Of a DNA stretch of 64,000 nucleotides, positions 55,901 through 64,000 are shown piece after piece. The notes beneath the pieces were generated by a model that worked only from the letters and a program-made list of their open reading frames with translations, did no database searches and was not told where the DNA came from. The first letter of the stretch is position 1; each line of letters starts with the position of its first letter. This DNA is from an uncultured Acidimicrobiaceae bacterium (GTDB lineage Bacteria > Actinomycetota > Acidimicrobiia > Acidimicrobiales > RAAP-2): contig CAWFPP010000012.1 of the NCBI GenBank assembly GCA_963817735.1, positions 32,228-96,227 of the forward strand. The letters are read 5' to 3'. Position numbers and translations under genes: made by a program.

Positions 55901-56644
55901 GAACCGGTTCGAACGGAGGGACGAGTAGATGTCGGGCCGATCGCGCTGCAGGTCGTCGACGCTCTCGCAGAAAAAGGCGACGTTGTGGCCCAGGACCGGG
56001 CCGTCGATCTGGAGCGAGGCCAGCACCTCGTCCGAGGGGTCGTCGGGGTCGTACCCGAAGCGACGCAGTGTGTGCAGGATGCCGCGCTCGTCAAGGAGAG
56101 CAAACGTCGATGCATCCACGCGCAACTCGTCGCGCATGGCGGCAAACACCGCATCGGCCACCTGCGCCGGGTCGGCCGCTGTCGTGAGGGCCCGCGCCAT
56201 CGTCTGCATCCGTTGGGCCGTCTCGGCCGCGACGCGTCGGCGCCTCTCGTTCCTCGTTTCGGAGCGGGCGGTCCACAGTTGCACGTTGCGCTGACCGCGC
56301 AGGTAGGAGATCCACATCGCCACCGCGGTTGCCGCCAGCATCGTCACGACGCGCAGCGTGTGATTCAGCTGACCGTAGCCGTGCGACGGCGTGCTGATGA
56401 CGAGCGCAAAGAAGGCCGTCAGGATTCCGACGAGCGCCACTCGGGAGGGCCGGACGAAGGGGGCGGCGATGAAGGGGGAGAGAGCCAGCAGGCCGACGAG
56501 CGAGATGTTCCCTCCGTAGACGGCGAAGATGATCGCGACGGTCGACGCCCACACGAGGGCGAGAAGAGTTGCCAGCGCCTCGGCCCGGTCGATGCGGGCG
56601 GTGCGAGGGGTGGTCGAAAGCTGCTCGTCTCCTGGTTCGGGCAC
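52979..56644 (-). CDS. 1221-aa multidomain sensor: N-terminal TM region, multiple GAF-like domains, PP2C/SpoIIE phosphatase, RsbW-like HATPase, and an unassigned ~190-aa C-terminal domain
   Basis: TM helices at the N-terminus and several GAF-like repeats. PP2C motifs GGDWYDVF...VGDVMGKG...SNAGHPPP...LIMYSDGLIE. HATPase part TSELVTNAVLHA...TGRGLTLF. Confidence 0.85.
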   Translation of the reverse strand: MPEPGDEQLSTTPRTARIDRAEALATLLALVWASTVAIIFAVYGGNISLVGLLALSPFIAAPFVRPSRVALVGILTAFFALVISTPSHGYGQLNHTLRVVTMLAATAVAMWISYLRGQRNVQLWTARSETRNERRRRVAAETAQRMQTMARALTTAADPAQVADAVFAAMRDELRVDASTFALLDERGILHTLRRFGYDPDDPSDEVLASLQIDGPVLGHNVAFFCESVDDLQRDRPDIYSSLRSNRFRALAIIPLVVSDRTIGAVVVHWADDREISEPDRTFLFTITGNAAQAVERARLTLTEFVNLERSQHLHQLSSALAAATTPGDVAHAAIAGGRRALGAQSAVVRVPAEGERGLACLASSGHPALLARTLVPLHGSHAGTCFARGLTVMAGIASDQDVRESLEAEIVARVLHELPKPVTIVSEPLIGSSGPLGVLSLAFVAQPEPSEPDLRFLSTLAGLTAQALERAQVFEHEREALRDAEAGRERLSLLSEVTRLLSSSLEPTTVIRRTMSLVEGRLADSCSVQVPGESGLVRLDVRDPGPASPPRPGTDTSGRDVLPFGSDAPAAVAFRTGRTQLAPLHDRGDGPQPAGVSTALSVPLTANGEVIGVMTFVDGPGRIFEADDVSLATEVASRAGVALSNATRFQREHIVADVLQRAVLPDSLPDVKGLLLDAEYRAGVAGTYAGGDWYDVFELGDDSVFFSVGDVMGKGAPAAALMGQVRSAIRAYAVSGLSPTEVLSSLDRLFDTLIEDRVVTAVVGTITPSTGRVVLSNAGHPPPLVVRADGSATFCPMQRTLLIAAGLSGSLRPRDEVVLHRGDSLIMYSDGLIERRGELITHGMERLANTATVIARAGWPDHPAVTFASMLSIEERTDDVVVLCLNYTGLPQGGITAPPVGTSRDGMSTLHLEPVVESTPVARHWMAAHLRDLPAEISGCATLLTSELVTNAVLHAATPMCITLHTLPDRIRVDVADGNPAFPSVKEYGKDAATGRGLTLFNTLASNWGVQAVEGGKIVWFELPVDFPVTPTSISDGSFRFDLTGITRSDLHGEPAESEGLTVRLQGIPVALLQKSSEQYEALFRELRLMKERADSAPEAPHLPERLAVLVSQIGTRFNGLGPGMDEMWQTAVDNKVEYFDWTLELPQSAVAAVEFYDTMLDEADEFGLAQRLLTLPASPTSVAVRRWFLSELTGQLHGRAPVAWVESRFHDELHAVPVR

Positions 56645-56786
56645 CTACTCTCCCCTGGTCGGCGGGCTTGCCTTCAAAACGCTATTCCCCTGGCCGGGCT
56701 GGCAGGTCAACCCCGCAGTTCACCCGGGTTGTAGTGCAATTCACTACCCGGGCCAGCCTGGTCGGAAACCCCGGTGGCGGCCAGAA

Positions 56787-56813
56787 GGTTTAGGTTCAGC
56801 CTCAGGCGGCTAT
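56787..56813 (+). promoter_or_regulatory. Candidate SigB/SigF-type promoter (GGTTT-N16-GGCTAT) upstream of the rsbV-like gene
   Basis: GGTTTaggttcagcctcaggcGGCTAT lies ~70 nt upstream of GTG 56885. It resembles the mycobacterial SigF consensus GGTTT-N15-17-GGGTAT. Confidence 0.35.
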
Positions 56814-56884
56814 AGAACCTGTGGCCAATCGGGATTGCACGTCGTCCGCTGGGTGGCGCAGGATGAGCCCACGGGAGGGCGGGA

Positions 56885-57226
56885 GTGGAACAGGAATTTC
56901 ATATTGAGGAGCGGGACGGCTCGACGCCTCCGGTGATCTCCGTGAGCGGCGAGATCGACGTGGCCACGGCGCCGCAGCTGCGGGAATACCTGCACAGTGT
57001 GATTGCGCAGGGCGAGGCGACAGTTGTCCTCGACCTCCTCGGCGTGACGTTCCTAGATTCCACCGCTCTGGGTGTCCTCGTGGGAGCTCTCAAGCGCTGC
57101 CGTGAGCTGGGTGGGGAACTGCACGTCGTGGTGGCAGATCCGCGCATCGTCAAGATCTTCGAGATCACCGGCCTCACCAGTGTGTTCACCATCGCCGACT
57201 CGTTGGAATCGGCGGGAGCGGCGTGA
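56885..57226 (+). CDS. STAS-domain anti-sigma-factor antagonist (RsbV/SpoIIAA-like)
   Basis: VVLDLLGVTFLDSTALGVLVGALKR, with the conserved phosphorylatable Ser in DST. Confidence 0.8.
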   Translation: MEQEFHIEERDGSTPPVISVSGEIDVATAPQLREYLHSVIAQGEATVVLDLLGVTFLDSTALGVLVGALKRCRELGGELHVVVADPRIVKIFEITGLTSVFTIADSLESAGAA

Positions 57227-57648
57227 CCGAGACGACGGACCGGCTCGAGAAGGGTGACCGCATTGAGCTGAAGTTTCCGGCCCGGGGTGATCTCATAGTG
57301 CTGGCTCGGTTGGTCACGAGTGCCATTTCCGCCCGAGCCGGCTTCGACATCGAGGAACTCGAAGATCTGCGGCTCGCCGTCGGCGAGCTCTGCCTGTTGA
57401 CACTGCAGGGCAGCGACGCACAGCACGGGGACCTCCGGCTCGAGCTCAGCGTGTTGGGCGATGCCCTTGAGGTGGTCTGTACACTCGAGCGGGCGGAGGT
57501 GGCGAAGGCTCCGGTGCCCGAAGGGGACGAGGTCGCCCGGCTGAGCGTGCAGATACTGGACGCGCTGGTCGACGAGCACGGAAGAGAGAGTCGGGACGGG
57601 TCTGCCCGTGCCTGGCTCCGCAAACGCCGGGGGGGGCATGCAGAGTGA
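57223..57648 (+). CDS. Anti-sigma factor (RsbW/UsfX-like)
   Basis: Position between the antagonist and sigma genes with GTGA overlaps on both sides. 141 aa. ELEDLRLAVGELC region. No clear N/G boxes seen, so kinase activity is uncertain. Confidence 0.6.
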   Translation: MTETTDRLEKGDRIELKFPARGDLIVLARLVTSAISARAGFDIEELEDLRLAVGELCLLTLQGSDAQHGDLRLELSVLGDALEVVCTLERAEVAKAPVPEGDEVARLSVQILDALVDEHGRESRDGSARAWLRKRRGGHAE

Positions 57649-58406
57649 CGGAGGGCCGGGAACACGATCCCGGGCCGCTGTCGGACGTCGTAGAATCTGA
57701 CCGTCCTGCCCTCGATCCTGCGGAACGCGAGGAGCTCATTACCGCCAACCTGGGGTTGGCGCATCAGCTTGCTCGACGTTTCCTCCATCGGGGCGAGCCG
57801 TTGGACGACCTTGTGCAGGTGGCGTCGGTGGCGCTCGTCAAGTCTGTCGATCGTTTCGACCCCTCACGCGGTGTCGACTTTGCCGCATTCGCGACACGGA
57901 CGATCATCGGAGAGCTGAAGCGGCACTTCCGCGACAAGGGCTGGGCCGTGCGCGCCAGTCGCCGGGTACAGGAGCTGTATCTCGAGCTGGGGCATGCCAC
58001 GTCCGCGCTCGTGCAGCAGCTCGGCCGCAACCCGACGGTGAGCGAGCTGGCCGAGACCACCGGAGCCAGCGAGGAAGCGGTGATCGAGGCGATCGAAGCC
58101 GGCCAGGGGTATCGCGCCGCCTCCATCGACGCGTCGGAGAGCGAGGACGACCCGCTGTCGGCGCGGCTGGGGGAGGAGGACGACAACTTCGGTTCGGTGG
58201 AGGACCGGGCTCTCCTGGGTCCTGCTCTGGCCACCCTGCCTGAGCGTGAGCAGTCGATCCTGCGCATGCGCTTCGTCGAGGGACTGACCCAGTCGGAGAT
58301 CGCGTCAGCGGTCGGGGTCAGTCAGATGCACGTTTCCCGTCTGCTGTCGTCGAGCCTGCAGAAGCTGCGCGCCGGCATCGAACAGAGGGAATCCAAGCGC
58401 CGCTAA
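57645..58406 (+). CDS. SigB/SigF/SigG-family RNA polymerase sigma factor
   Basis: Region 2 DDLVQVASVALVKSVDRFDPSRGVDFAAFATRTIIGELKRHFRD and region 4 LTQSEIASAVGVSQMHVSRLL. Confidence 0.9.
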   Translation: MTEGREHDPGPLSDVVESDRPALDPAEREELITANLGLAHQLARRFLHRGEPLDDLVQVASVALVKSVDRFDPSRGVDFAAFATRTIIGELKRHFRDKGWAVRASRRVQELYLELGHATSALVQQLGRNPTVSELAETTGASEEAVIEAIEAGQGYRAASIDASESEDDPLSARLGEEDDNFGSVEDRALLGPALATLPEREQSILRMRFVEGLTQSEIASAVGVSQMHVSRLLSSSLQKLRAGIEQRESKRR

Positions 58407-58543
58407 CGGCGACGATATCGGGCGGCCAAAGCCCGTTCTCCCTCTGAAAAGTGGGCCAGATCCCCGGGTGGCGGACGGTATCAGTGAAAAAGTGTCGAAA
58501 TTCTCGCGGCGCTTGAGTAGGGTGCGGGCAAATCTTCTCGAGA

Positions 58544-60199
58544 TTGGGGGCGACCATGGTGCATCTCGATGCGGCACTGGCTCACGAAGACGTTGGTGAG
58601 AAGGGGCTGAAAGGAGGGGCCCTCGGGTTCGTCTCCTCGGTTGTCGTCGGTGTGGCATCCACCGCGCCGGCATACAGCCTGGCCGCCACGCTCGGGTTCG
58701 TGGTCATCGCCATCGCCGGATTGCAAGCGCCCATCATCACGATCCTGGCTTTCGTCCCGATGCTGCTCATCTCTTATGGCTACAAGGCCCTCAACACCGC
58801 CGATCCCGACTGCGGCACGACCTTCACCTGGGCCACCCGAGCCTTCGGGCCCAAGACGGGCTGGTTGGGCGGCTGGGGGATCATCGCCGCCGACATCCTG
58901 GTGATGGCCAGCCTGGCCCAGATCGCGGGGCAGTACGTGTTCCTGCTGTTCGATGCCAACGGGATCGGGCACAACGCCGACAGCGGGTGGGTGCTCCTGG
59001 TCGGCGTCATGTGGATCGTGGCCATGACCGCCATCTGCTACGTGGGCATAGAGATCTCGGCCAACTTCCAGAAGGCGCTGCTCGGGATCGAGATCACCAT
59101 GCTCACGGTGCTCTCGGTGGTCGCCCTGTACAAGGTTGGTGCCGGCACCGCCCCGGTCGGTCACCTCACGCCCAGCTGGTCCTGGTTCAACCCCTTCGCC
59201 GTGCCGGGCCCGGAGAGCTTCATGGTCGGTCTCACCTTGATGCTCTTCATCTATTGGGGGTGGGACACCGCGGTGTCGGTCAACGAGGAGACCAAAGAAC
59301 GCGACAAGATCCCGGGGCGGGCCGCCGTCACGTCCACCTTTATCCTGTTGGGCATTTACGCCGTCGTGATCATCGCCACCCAGGCCTACGCCGGCATCGG
59401 AACCAAGGGGATCGGTCTCTCCAATCCCAACAACATCGGTGACGTGCTGTCCGTGCTCGGGTCGTCGATCTTCGGCACGTCGGGACTGGGGAGCTTCTTG
59501 TCCCACTTGCTGCTGCTGATGGTGCTCAGCTCGGCCGCCGCCTCGACCCAGACCACGATTTTGCCGACCGCCCGCACCACGCTGTCAATGGCCGTGTTCA
59601 AGGCCGTTCCGGACGCCTTCGGCAAGATCCACCGGCGCTACCTCACGCCGACGGTGTCGACACTCACAATGGGCGGCGTCGCCATCGTGCTCTACGTGAT
59701 ATTGAACTACGTGTCCAACGGCAACAGCGTCATCGCCGACTCGGTGTCTGCCCTCGGGGTGTGGATCGCCTTCTACTACGGGCTGACGGGGTTCTCGTGC
59801 TTCTGGTACTACCGCAAGACCCTGCGCGAGAGCCCCCGCACGCTGTGGATGCGCGGCATCCTTCCTCTGGTCGGCGGCCTCATCCTGTGGTTCGCCATGT
59901 TCTGGTCCTTCTGGTACTACTGGAACCCGATCAACAGTTACAGCCACTTCACCTTCCCCGGTACCGACCGGGTCATCGGTGGCGTCTTCGCCCTCGATGT
60001 GGGCACCGTCATCCTCGGCGTGGTGCTGATGTACCTCTGGATGGCGTTTCGCCCGGCCTTCTTCCGGGGCGAAATCCTCAACCGTGACACGCCGACCCGG
60101 GTGCCGACGGATATCGGCGTGCCCGTAGGCCTGTTCGGAATCGAGGCGTTCCCCGATGCCGAGGACCACGCCAAGAACGAGCCCACCGGGTCCGAATAG
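58544..60199 (+). CDS. APC superfamily amino-acid/polyamine permease
   Basis: A 12-TM pattern with a typical APC N-terminal segment, LKGGALGFVSSVVVGVASTAPAYSL. Confidence 0.8.
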   Translation: MGATMVHLDAALAHEDVGEKGLKGGALGFVSSVVVGVASTAPAYSLAATLGFVVIAIAGLQAPIITILAFVPMLLISYGYKALNTADPDCGTTFTWATRAFGPKTGWLGGWGIIAADILVMASLAQIAGQYVFLLFDANGIGHNADSGWVLLVGVMWIVAMTAICYVGIEISANFQKALLGIEITMLTVLSVVALYKVGAGTAPVGHLTPSWSWFNPFAVPGPESFMVGLTLMLFIYWGWDTAVSVNEETKERDKIPGRAAVTSTFILLGIYAVVIIATQAYAGIGTKGIGLSNPNNIGDVLSVLGSSIFGTSGLGSFLSHLLLLMVLSSAAASTQTTILPTARTTLSMAVFKAVPDAFGKIHRRYLTPTVSTLTMGGVAIVLYVILNYVSNGNSVIADSVSALGVWIAFYYGLTGFSCFWYYRKTLRESPRTLWMRGILPLVGGLILWFAMFWSFWYYWNPINSYSHFTFPGTDRVIGGVFALDVGTVILGVVLMYLWMAFRPAFFRGEILNRDTPTRVPTDIGVPVGLFGIEAFPDAEDHAKNEPTGSE

Positions 60200-60279
60200 G
60201 GGCACCGGATCTCCACCGCTTCCATTAGACAGTGACGGTGCGGGCACGTCCGCCGGCACGAGGACATGGTGGAGGCTCC

Positions 60280-61038
60280 ATGAAGAGACTGGAAGGAACG
60301 GTTGCCCTCGTGACCGGGGCCAGCAGCGGCATCGGCGAGGCGACCGCGGTTGCACTGGCCGACGAGGGTGCGACGGTCGCGCTGGTAGCCCGGCGCCGCG
60401 ACCGGCTCGAGGCGCTGGCCGAGCGCATCGGTGGCGCGGGGAACGCGCTGGTCATAGAGGCCGACATCACGGACCAGGCCCAGGCCGAGCGCGCCGTCGC
60501 CACCACGGTGTCCGAGTTGGGCCGCCTGGACACGCTGGTGAACAACGCCGGCGTCATGCTGCTGGGGCCGATCGTCGGCGCCCCGGTCGAGGAATGGCAG
60601 CGGATGGTCAACCTCAACGTGCTGGGCCTTCTCTACTGCACGCACGCCGCGTTGCCGCATCTCCTGGTCGCGGCCGAGGGCGAGCCGAGGTCCGTCGCCG
60701 ACGTCGTGAACGTGAGCTCGGTGGCCGGACGGGTGGCCCGGCTCAACAGCGGCGTGTACAACGCCACCAAGCACGGCGTCGGCGCCTTCAGCGAGTCGCT
60801 GCGTCAGGAGGTCACGAGCCGCCACGTACGGGTGACCCTCATTGAGCCTGGCGCCACCGCCACCGAGCTCGGCTCGCACAACCGGCCCGAGATCCTTGAG
60901 GGCATGGCCAAGACCTTCGGCGGCATCGAGATCATGCGGGCTGAGGACATCGCCGAGGCGATCCGCTACGCCGTGACCCAGCCGCGCCGCGTCGCCGTCA
61001 ACGAGATCCTGATCAGGCCCACCGAACAGGAACGCTGA
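60280..61038 (+). CDS. SDR family oxidoreductase
   Basis: VALVTGASSGIGEA, NNAG, and YNATKHGV. ATG 60280 lies inside ORF 60232..61038. Confidence 0.85.
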   Translation: MKRLEGTVALVTGASSGIGEATAVALADEGATVALVARRRDRLEALAERIGGAGNALVIEADITDQAQAERAVATTVSELGRLDTLVNNAGVMLLGPIVGAPVEEWQRMVNLNVLGLLYCTHAALPHLLVAAEGEPRSVADVVNVSSVAGRVARLNSGVYNATKHGVGAFSESLRQEVTSRHVRVTLIEPGATATELGSHNRPEILEGMAKTFGGIEIMRAEDIAEAIRYAVTQPRRVAVNEILIRPTEQER

Positions 61039-61039
61039 C

Positions 61040-61594
61040 ATCCGACGGGTTGCTGTCGTCGGTTGCTCGGGCTCGGGGAAGACGACCCTGGCCCGCTCGT
61101 TGGCGGGCGCGCTCGAGGCGCCGCTTCTCGAGCTCGACGCGATCTTCCACCAGCCCAGGTGGACTCCGCTCGACGACGACACCTTCTTGGCCCGGGTCAT
61201 GGAGGCGACCGAGGCGGAGCGCTGGGTCGTCGATGGCAACTACTCCACGGTCCGCGAGCCGGTCTGGGAGCGGGCCGACACCGTCGTGTGGTTCGACCTG
61301 CCCTTCGCCGTGGTCATGGCTCGCACGATCCGGCGCACTGTCCGGCGCACCGTGACCCGACAGGAGCTGTGGAACGGCAACAAGGAGCCCTGGTCCAACC
61401 TCTACTCGTGGAACCCCCAGAAGTCGATCATCGCCTGGGCTGCCACCCGGCATGGCGTCTACCGTCGGCGCTACGGGGACGCCGAGCACGATCCGCGCTG
61501 GGCCGGACTCGAGTTCGTCCGCCTGGGCTCGCAGCGCCAGGTCGATGCGTTCCTGGCCGGTGTGACGACCGCCGCACAGAGCAAAGAGGAGTGA
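61040..61594 (+). CDS. P-loop kinase-like protein (FlaR / adenylate-kinase-like) with no canonical start codon before the Walker A motif
   Basis: The frame opened by the in-frame stop at 61010-12 reads ...DIRRVAVVGCSGSGKTTLARSLAGALEAPLLELD...WVVDGNY... with no ATG, GTG or TTG before the P-loop. ATC at 61040 sits where Met is expected. The track ORF starts only at TTG 61100. Confidence 0.5.
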   Translation: MRRVAVVGCSGSGKTTLARSLAGALEAPLLELDAIFHQPRWTPLDDDTFLARVMEATEAERWVVDGNYSTVREPVWERADTVVWFDLPFAVVMARTIRRTVRRTVTRQELWNGNKEPWSNLYSWNPQKSIIAWAATRHGVYRRRYGDAEHDPRWAGLEFVRLGSQRQVDAFLAGVTTAAQSKEE

Positions 61595-61597
61595 CAC

Positions 61598-62374
61598 ATG
61601 GAACTGGAACTGGCCGGCAGGTGCATCCTCGTCACCGGGGGCACGGATGGGCTCGGCCTGGCCCTCGCTACCCAGCTGGCGAGCGAGGGTGCGGCTGTCG
61701 GCATCTGCGGGCGTGACGACGGCCGTCTGCGCGCGGCCGAGACGGCCGTCCTGGCCGCGGGCGGCGACGTGCTGGCGCAGCGGGCCGACGTCTCGAGGGT
61801 CGCGGACCTCGAAGCGTTTGTCGAGGCGGCCGTATCCCGCTGGGGACGCATCGACGGGATCGTCCACAACGCCGGGCGGGCATCCGCCGGCTCCATCGAA
61901 GCGATCGACGACGAGACGTGGGAGTCCGACGTCCAACTCAAGTTGATGGCAGCCGTGCGGCTCACCCGCCTTGCACTGCCACACCTGCGGGCCAGCCGAG
62001 GCGCCGTCCTTTTCACGCTCGCCCTGTCGGCCAAGACACCCGGTGCGTCGAGCGAGCCGAGTTCGGTGACCCGCGCCGCCGGTATGGCGCTCATGAAGGC
62101 GCTGTCGAAGGAACTGGCGAGCGACGGCATCCGCGTCAACGCGGTCCTCATCGGGTTCGTCGAGAGCGGTCAATGGGTGCGAATCGCAGAAAGGTCGGGG
62201 ACCGGTCTGGCGGAGTTCTACGAGCGTTTCGCCGCGGACGCGGGAATTCCGCTTGGCCGCTTCGGTCGTGCAGCCGAGTTTGCCGACCTCGCTTGTTTCC
62301 TGCTGTCGGCACGCGCGTCGTATCTGACCGGGACGGCGATCAATCTCGATGGCGGGATGTCCCCGTCGGTCTGA
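61598..62374 (+). CDS. SDR family oxidoreductase
   Basis: ILVTGGTDGLGLA, HNAG, and an SDR-length 258 aa. Confidence 0.85.
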   Translation: MELELAGRCILVTGGTDGLGLALATQLASEGAAVGICGRDDGRLRAAETAVLAAGGDVLAQRADVSRVADLEAFVEAAVSRWGRIDGIVHNAGRASAGSIEAIDDETWESDVQLKLMAAVRLTRLALPHLRASRGAVLFTLALSAKTPGASSEPSSVTRAAGMALMKALSKELASDGIRVNAVLIGFVESGQWVRIAERSGTGLAEFYERFAADAGIPLGRFGRAAEFADLACFLLSARASYLTGTAINLDGGMSPSV

Positions 62375-62386
62375 GATCTCCGGCAG

Positions 62387-62641
62387 TTAGTTGTAGCCCT
62401 CGCTCTCGGTCGAGTCGCCGGTGCCGGCCGGCTGGAGGCCGACGGCGAAGCCGTCGATCATGTCCAGCCGGGTAAGGGCGTCGACGTGGGGCCGGCCACC
62501 GCCGCCCCACTTGGTCCGGGCGGCCCGCCGGGCGGACTCCATGTCCTCGGCTACGACGAACACGACCTCATGGTCCTCTCCCATGCGGCCCGCTGCCAGC
62601 TCACCACCCAGGAACGCGGCGTAGAGGTGCACGCGCGGCAT
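62387..62641 (-). CDS. DUF1543 domain protein
   Basis: LYAAFLGGELAAGRMGEDHEVVFVVAEDMESARRAARTKW...HVDAL is the DUF1543 pattern (recognised from memory). Confidence 0.55.
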   Translation of the reverse strand: MPRVHLYAAFLGGELAAGRMGEDHEVVFVVAEDMESARRAARTKWGGGGRPHVDALTRLDMIDGFAVGLQPAGTGDSTESEGYN

Positions 62642-62662
62642 CGTAGCGAGTACGAAGGGCGT

Positions 62663-63583
62663 ATGAGTCCAGACAAATTGCAGGGAAGCACCATCGTTGT
62701 CACCGGGGTCACGGGGCAGGTGGCGCGCCCGCTGGCAACCGCCCTGGCCCGCGACAACCGCGTCATCGGAGCGGCCCGTTTCTCCGACGCCGCCGCCCGA
62801 GCCGAGCTGGAGGCGGCCGGGGTCGAGTGCGTCCCAGTCGATCTGGTGTCAGGCGACATGGGCCAGTTGCCCGAGGACGCCGAGTACGTACTCCATTTCG
62901 CCGTCGCCAAGACGAACGACTGGGAAAAGGACCTGGCGGCCAACAGCGGCGGCCTGGCCTACCTCATGGAGCACCACCGGGGCGCACGGGCCTTCTTGCA
63001 TTGCTCCTCCACGGCGGTCTACAAGCCCGAGGGGCACCGTGTCTTCGACGAGGACGGTCCGCTCGGCGACAACCACGGCGTGTGGCCGTTCCTGCGCACG
63101 TACAGCATCTGCAAGATCGCCGCCGAGGGCACCGCCCGCTGGGGCGCCGAACGCTTCGCGCTGCCGACGACCATCGCCCGGCTGTCCGTGCCCTACGGCG
63201 ACAACGGGGGCTGGCCGGCCATTCACCTGCACATGATGCTGTCCGGTCACGCCATCCCCGTTCACGTGGACGCGCCGAGCGTCTACCACCCACTGCACGC
63301 CGACGACATCCTGGCCATGGTGCCGCGCCTGCTCGCCGCCGCGTCGGTGCCGGCGGTAACGGTCAATTGGGGTGGGAGCGAGCCCGTCAGCATCGAAGAG
63401 TGGTGCACGTATCTGGCCGGCTTGGCCGGCACGGAGGCCCGCTTCGAGCCGACGGTCCAGACCATCGACAGCGTGCAGATCGACACCACCCGGATGCACG
63501 AGTTGGCGGGGCAGACCAGCGTGCCCTGGCGCGAGGGCATGCGACGCATGGCCAAGGCGCTGCACCCCGACCGGGTGCAGTGA
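62663..63583 (+). CDS. NAD-dependent epimerase/dehydratase family protein
   Basis: IVVTGVTGQVARPL Rossmann motif and YSICKIAAE (YxxxK). ATG 62663 lies inside ORF 62486..63583. Confidence 0.8.
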   Translation: MSPDKLQGSTIVVTGVTGQVARPLATALARDNRVIGAARFSDAAARAELEAAGVECVPVDLVSGDMGQLPEDAEYVLHFAVAKTNDWEKDLAANSGGLAYLMEHHRGARAFLHCSSTAVYKPEGHRVFDEDGPLGDNHGVWPFLRTYSICKIAAEGTARWGAERFALPTTIARLSVPYGDNGGWPAIHLHMMLSGHAIPVHVDAPSVYHPLHADDILAMVPRLLAAASVPAVTVNWGGSEPVSIEEWCTYLAGLAGTEARFEPTVQTIDSVQIDTTRMHELAGQTSVPWREGMRRMAKALHPDRVQ

Positions 63584-64000
63584 GCGCCGACCCTTTGGAG
63601 GGAGCGGGTGCGGTGCGCTTCAACCGGTGCGACCCCGAGGACCCTCCGGCGTCGGAGCTCCTGGCCGCCATGCGGGTCGAGCTCAACGACGCCTACGGGA
63701 CGATCAGCCGCCTGGACAACCCGCAGCTGCTCCCGGACGAGCTCCGTCCGCCGGGCGGCGCCTACTTCGTGGGGTTCGAGGGCACCGAGGCGGTCGCCGG
63801 TGGGGGACTGCGCCGGCTCGGTGACGGGGTGGCGGAAATCAAACGGATGTACGTCCGCCCCGAAGCGCGGTCGCGGGGGTTGGCCGCGGCGCTGTTCGCG
63901 CGCGCTCGAGGAGGCGGCGCGGGACCTCGGCTACGCCTACGCGCGGCTCGACACCGGCCCCAAGCAGGTGTACGCCGCACGCCTCTACCGCGCCGCGGGG
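63580..64000 (+). CDS. GNAT family acetyltransferase, partial at the window end, apparent frameshift in a CG run at 63897-63905
   Basis: GTGA overlap with the epimerase stop. AEIKRMYVRPEARSRGLAAAL is motif A. The canonical continuation ALEEAARDLGYAYARLDTGPKQVYAARLYRAAG is in the next frame after cgcgcgcgc. Confidence 0.5.
   Translation, partial: MSADPLEGAGAVRFNRCDPEDPPASELLAAMRVELNDAYGTISRLDNPQLLPDELRPPGGAYFVGFEGTEAVAGGGLRRLGDGVAEIKRMYVRPEARSRGLAAALFARARGGGAGPRLRLRAARHRPQAGVRRTPLPRRG

Overview
This is a high-GC, Actinomycetota-like chromosomal window. Markers include DUF385/F420-type enzymes, a DipZ-type CcdA-thioredoxin fusion, Rpf-like transglycosylases, a SigB/F partner-switching module and kdpFABC/DE. 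No rRNA, tRNA or CRISPR was seen. The window falls into two parts. (1) Positions 1 to about 17.5 kb form a visibly less GC-rich accessory block. It holds about 25 short, functionally unrelated genes in mixed orientation: sulfotransferase, 2x DUF385, DUF167, SRPBCC, GNAT, nitrobindin-like, 2x VOC, HNH, cupin, ParB-like, HAD, GH43, 3x SAM-methyltransferase and small secreted or membrane proteins. It also holds one IS110-family element. Almost every intergenic gap in this block carries a short hairpin-plus-tail repeat with consensus GGGG-N3-8-CCCC-(A)GTTCGC(TG)CCGGGAyrG(T)GGG. I found 23 copies by eye, and 22 are on the same strand regardless of gene orientation. The single inverted copy abuts the IS110 end. 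I saw no copy in the gaps I inspected beyond 17.5 kb, and the window contains no recombinase other than the IS110 transposase. This cassette-array-like organisation is the main candidate for something undescribed. (2) Positions 17.5-64 kb look like core genome: adenylate cyclase, acyl-CoA desaturase, zwf, hydrolases, and kdpFABC with a KdpD sensor split into two divergently transcribed genes. This part also has two Rpf-like genes behind a duplicated leader of about 155 nt (possible c-di-AMP/ydaO-type riboswitch), a perfect CRP palindrome, a DrrAB-like ABC-2 exporter, and a 1221-aa GAF/PP2C/HATPase sensor next to an rsbV-rsbW-sigma operon. Several genes show apparent single-base frame disruptions, which could be pseudogenes or assembly errors. 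All calls come from reading the ORF translations and the sequence by eye. Start codons and element boundaries are approximate.
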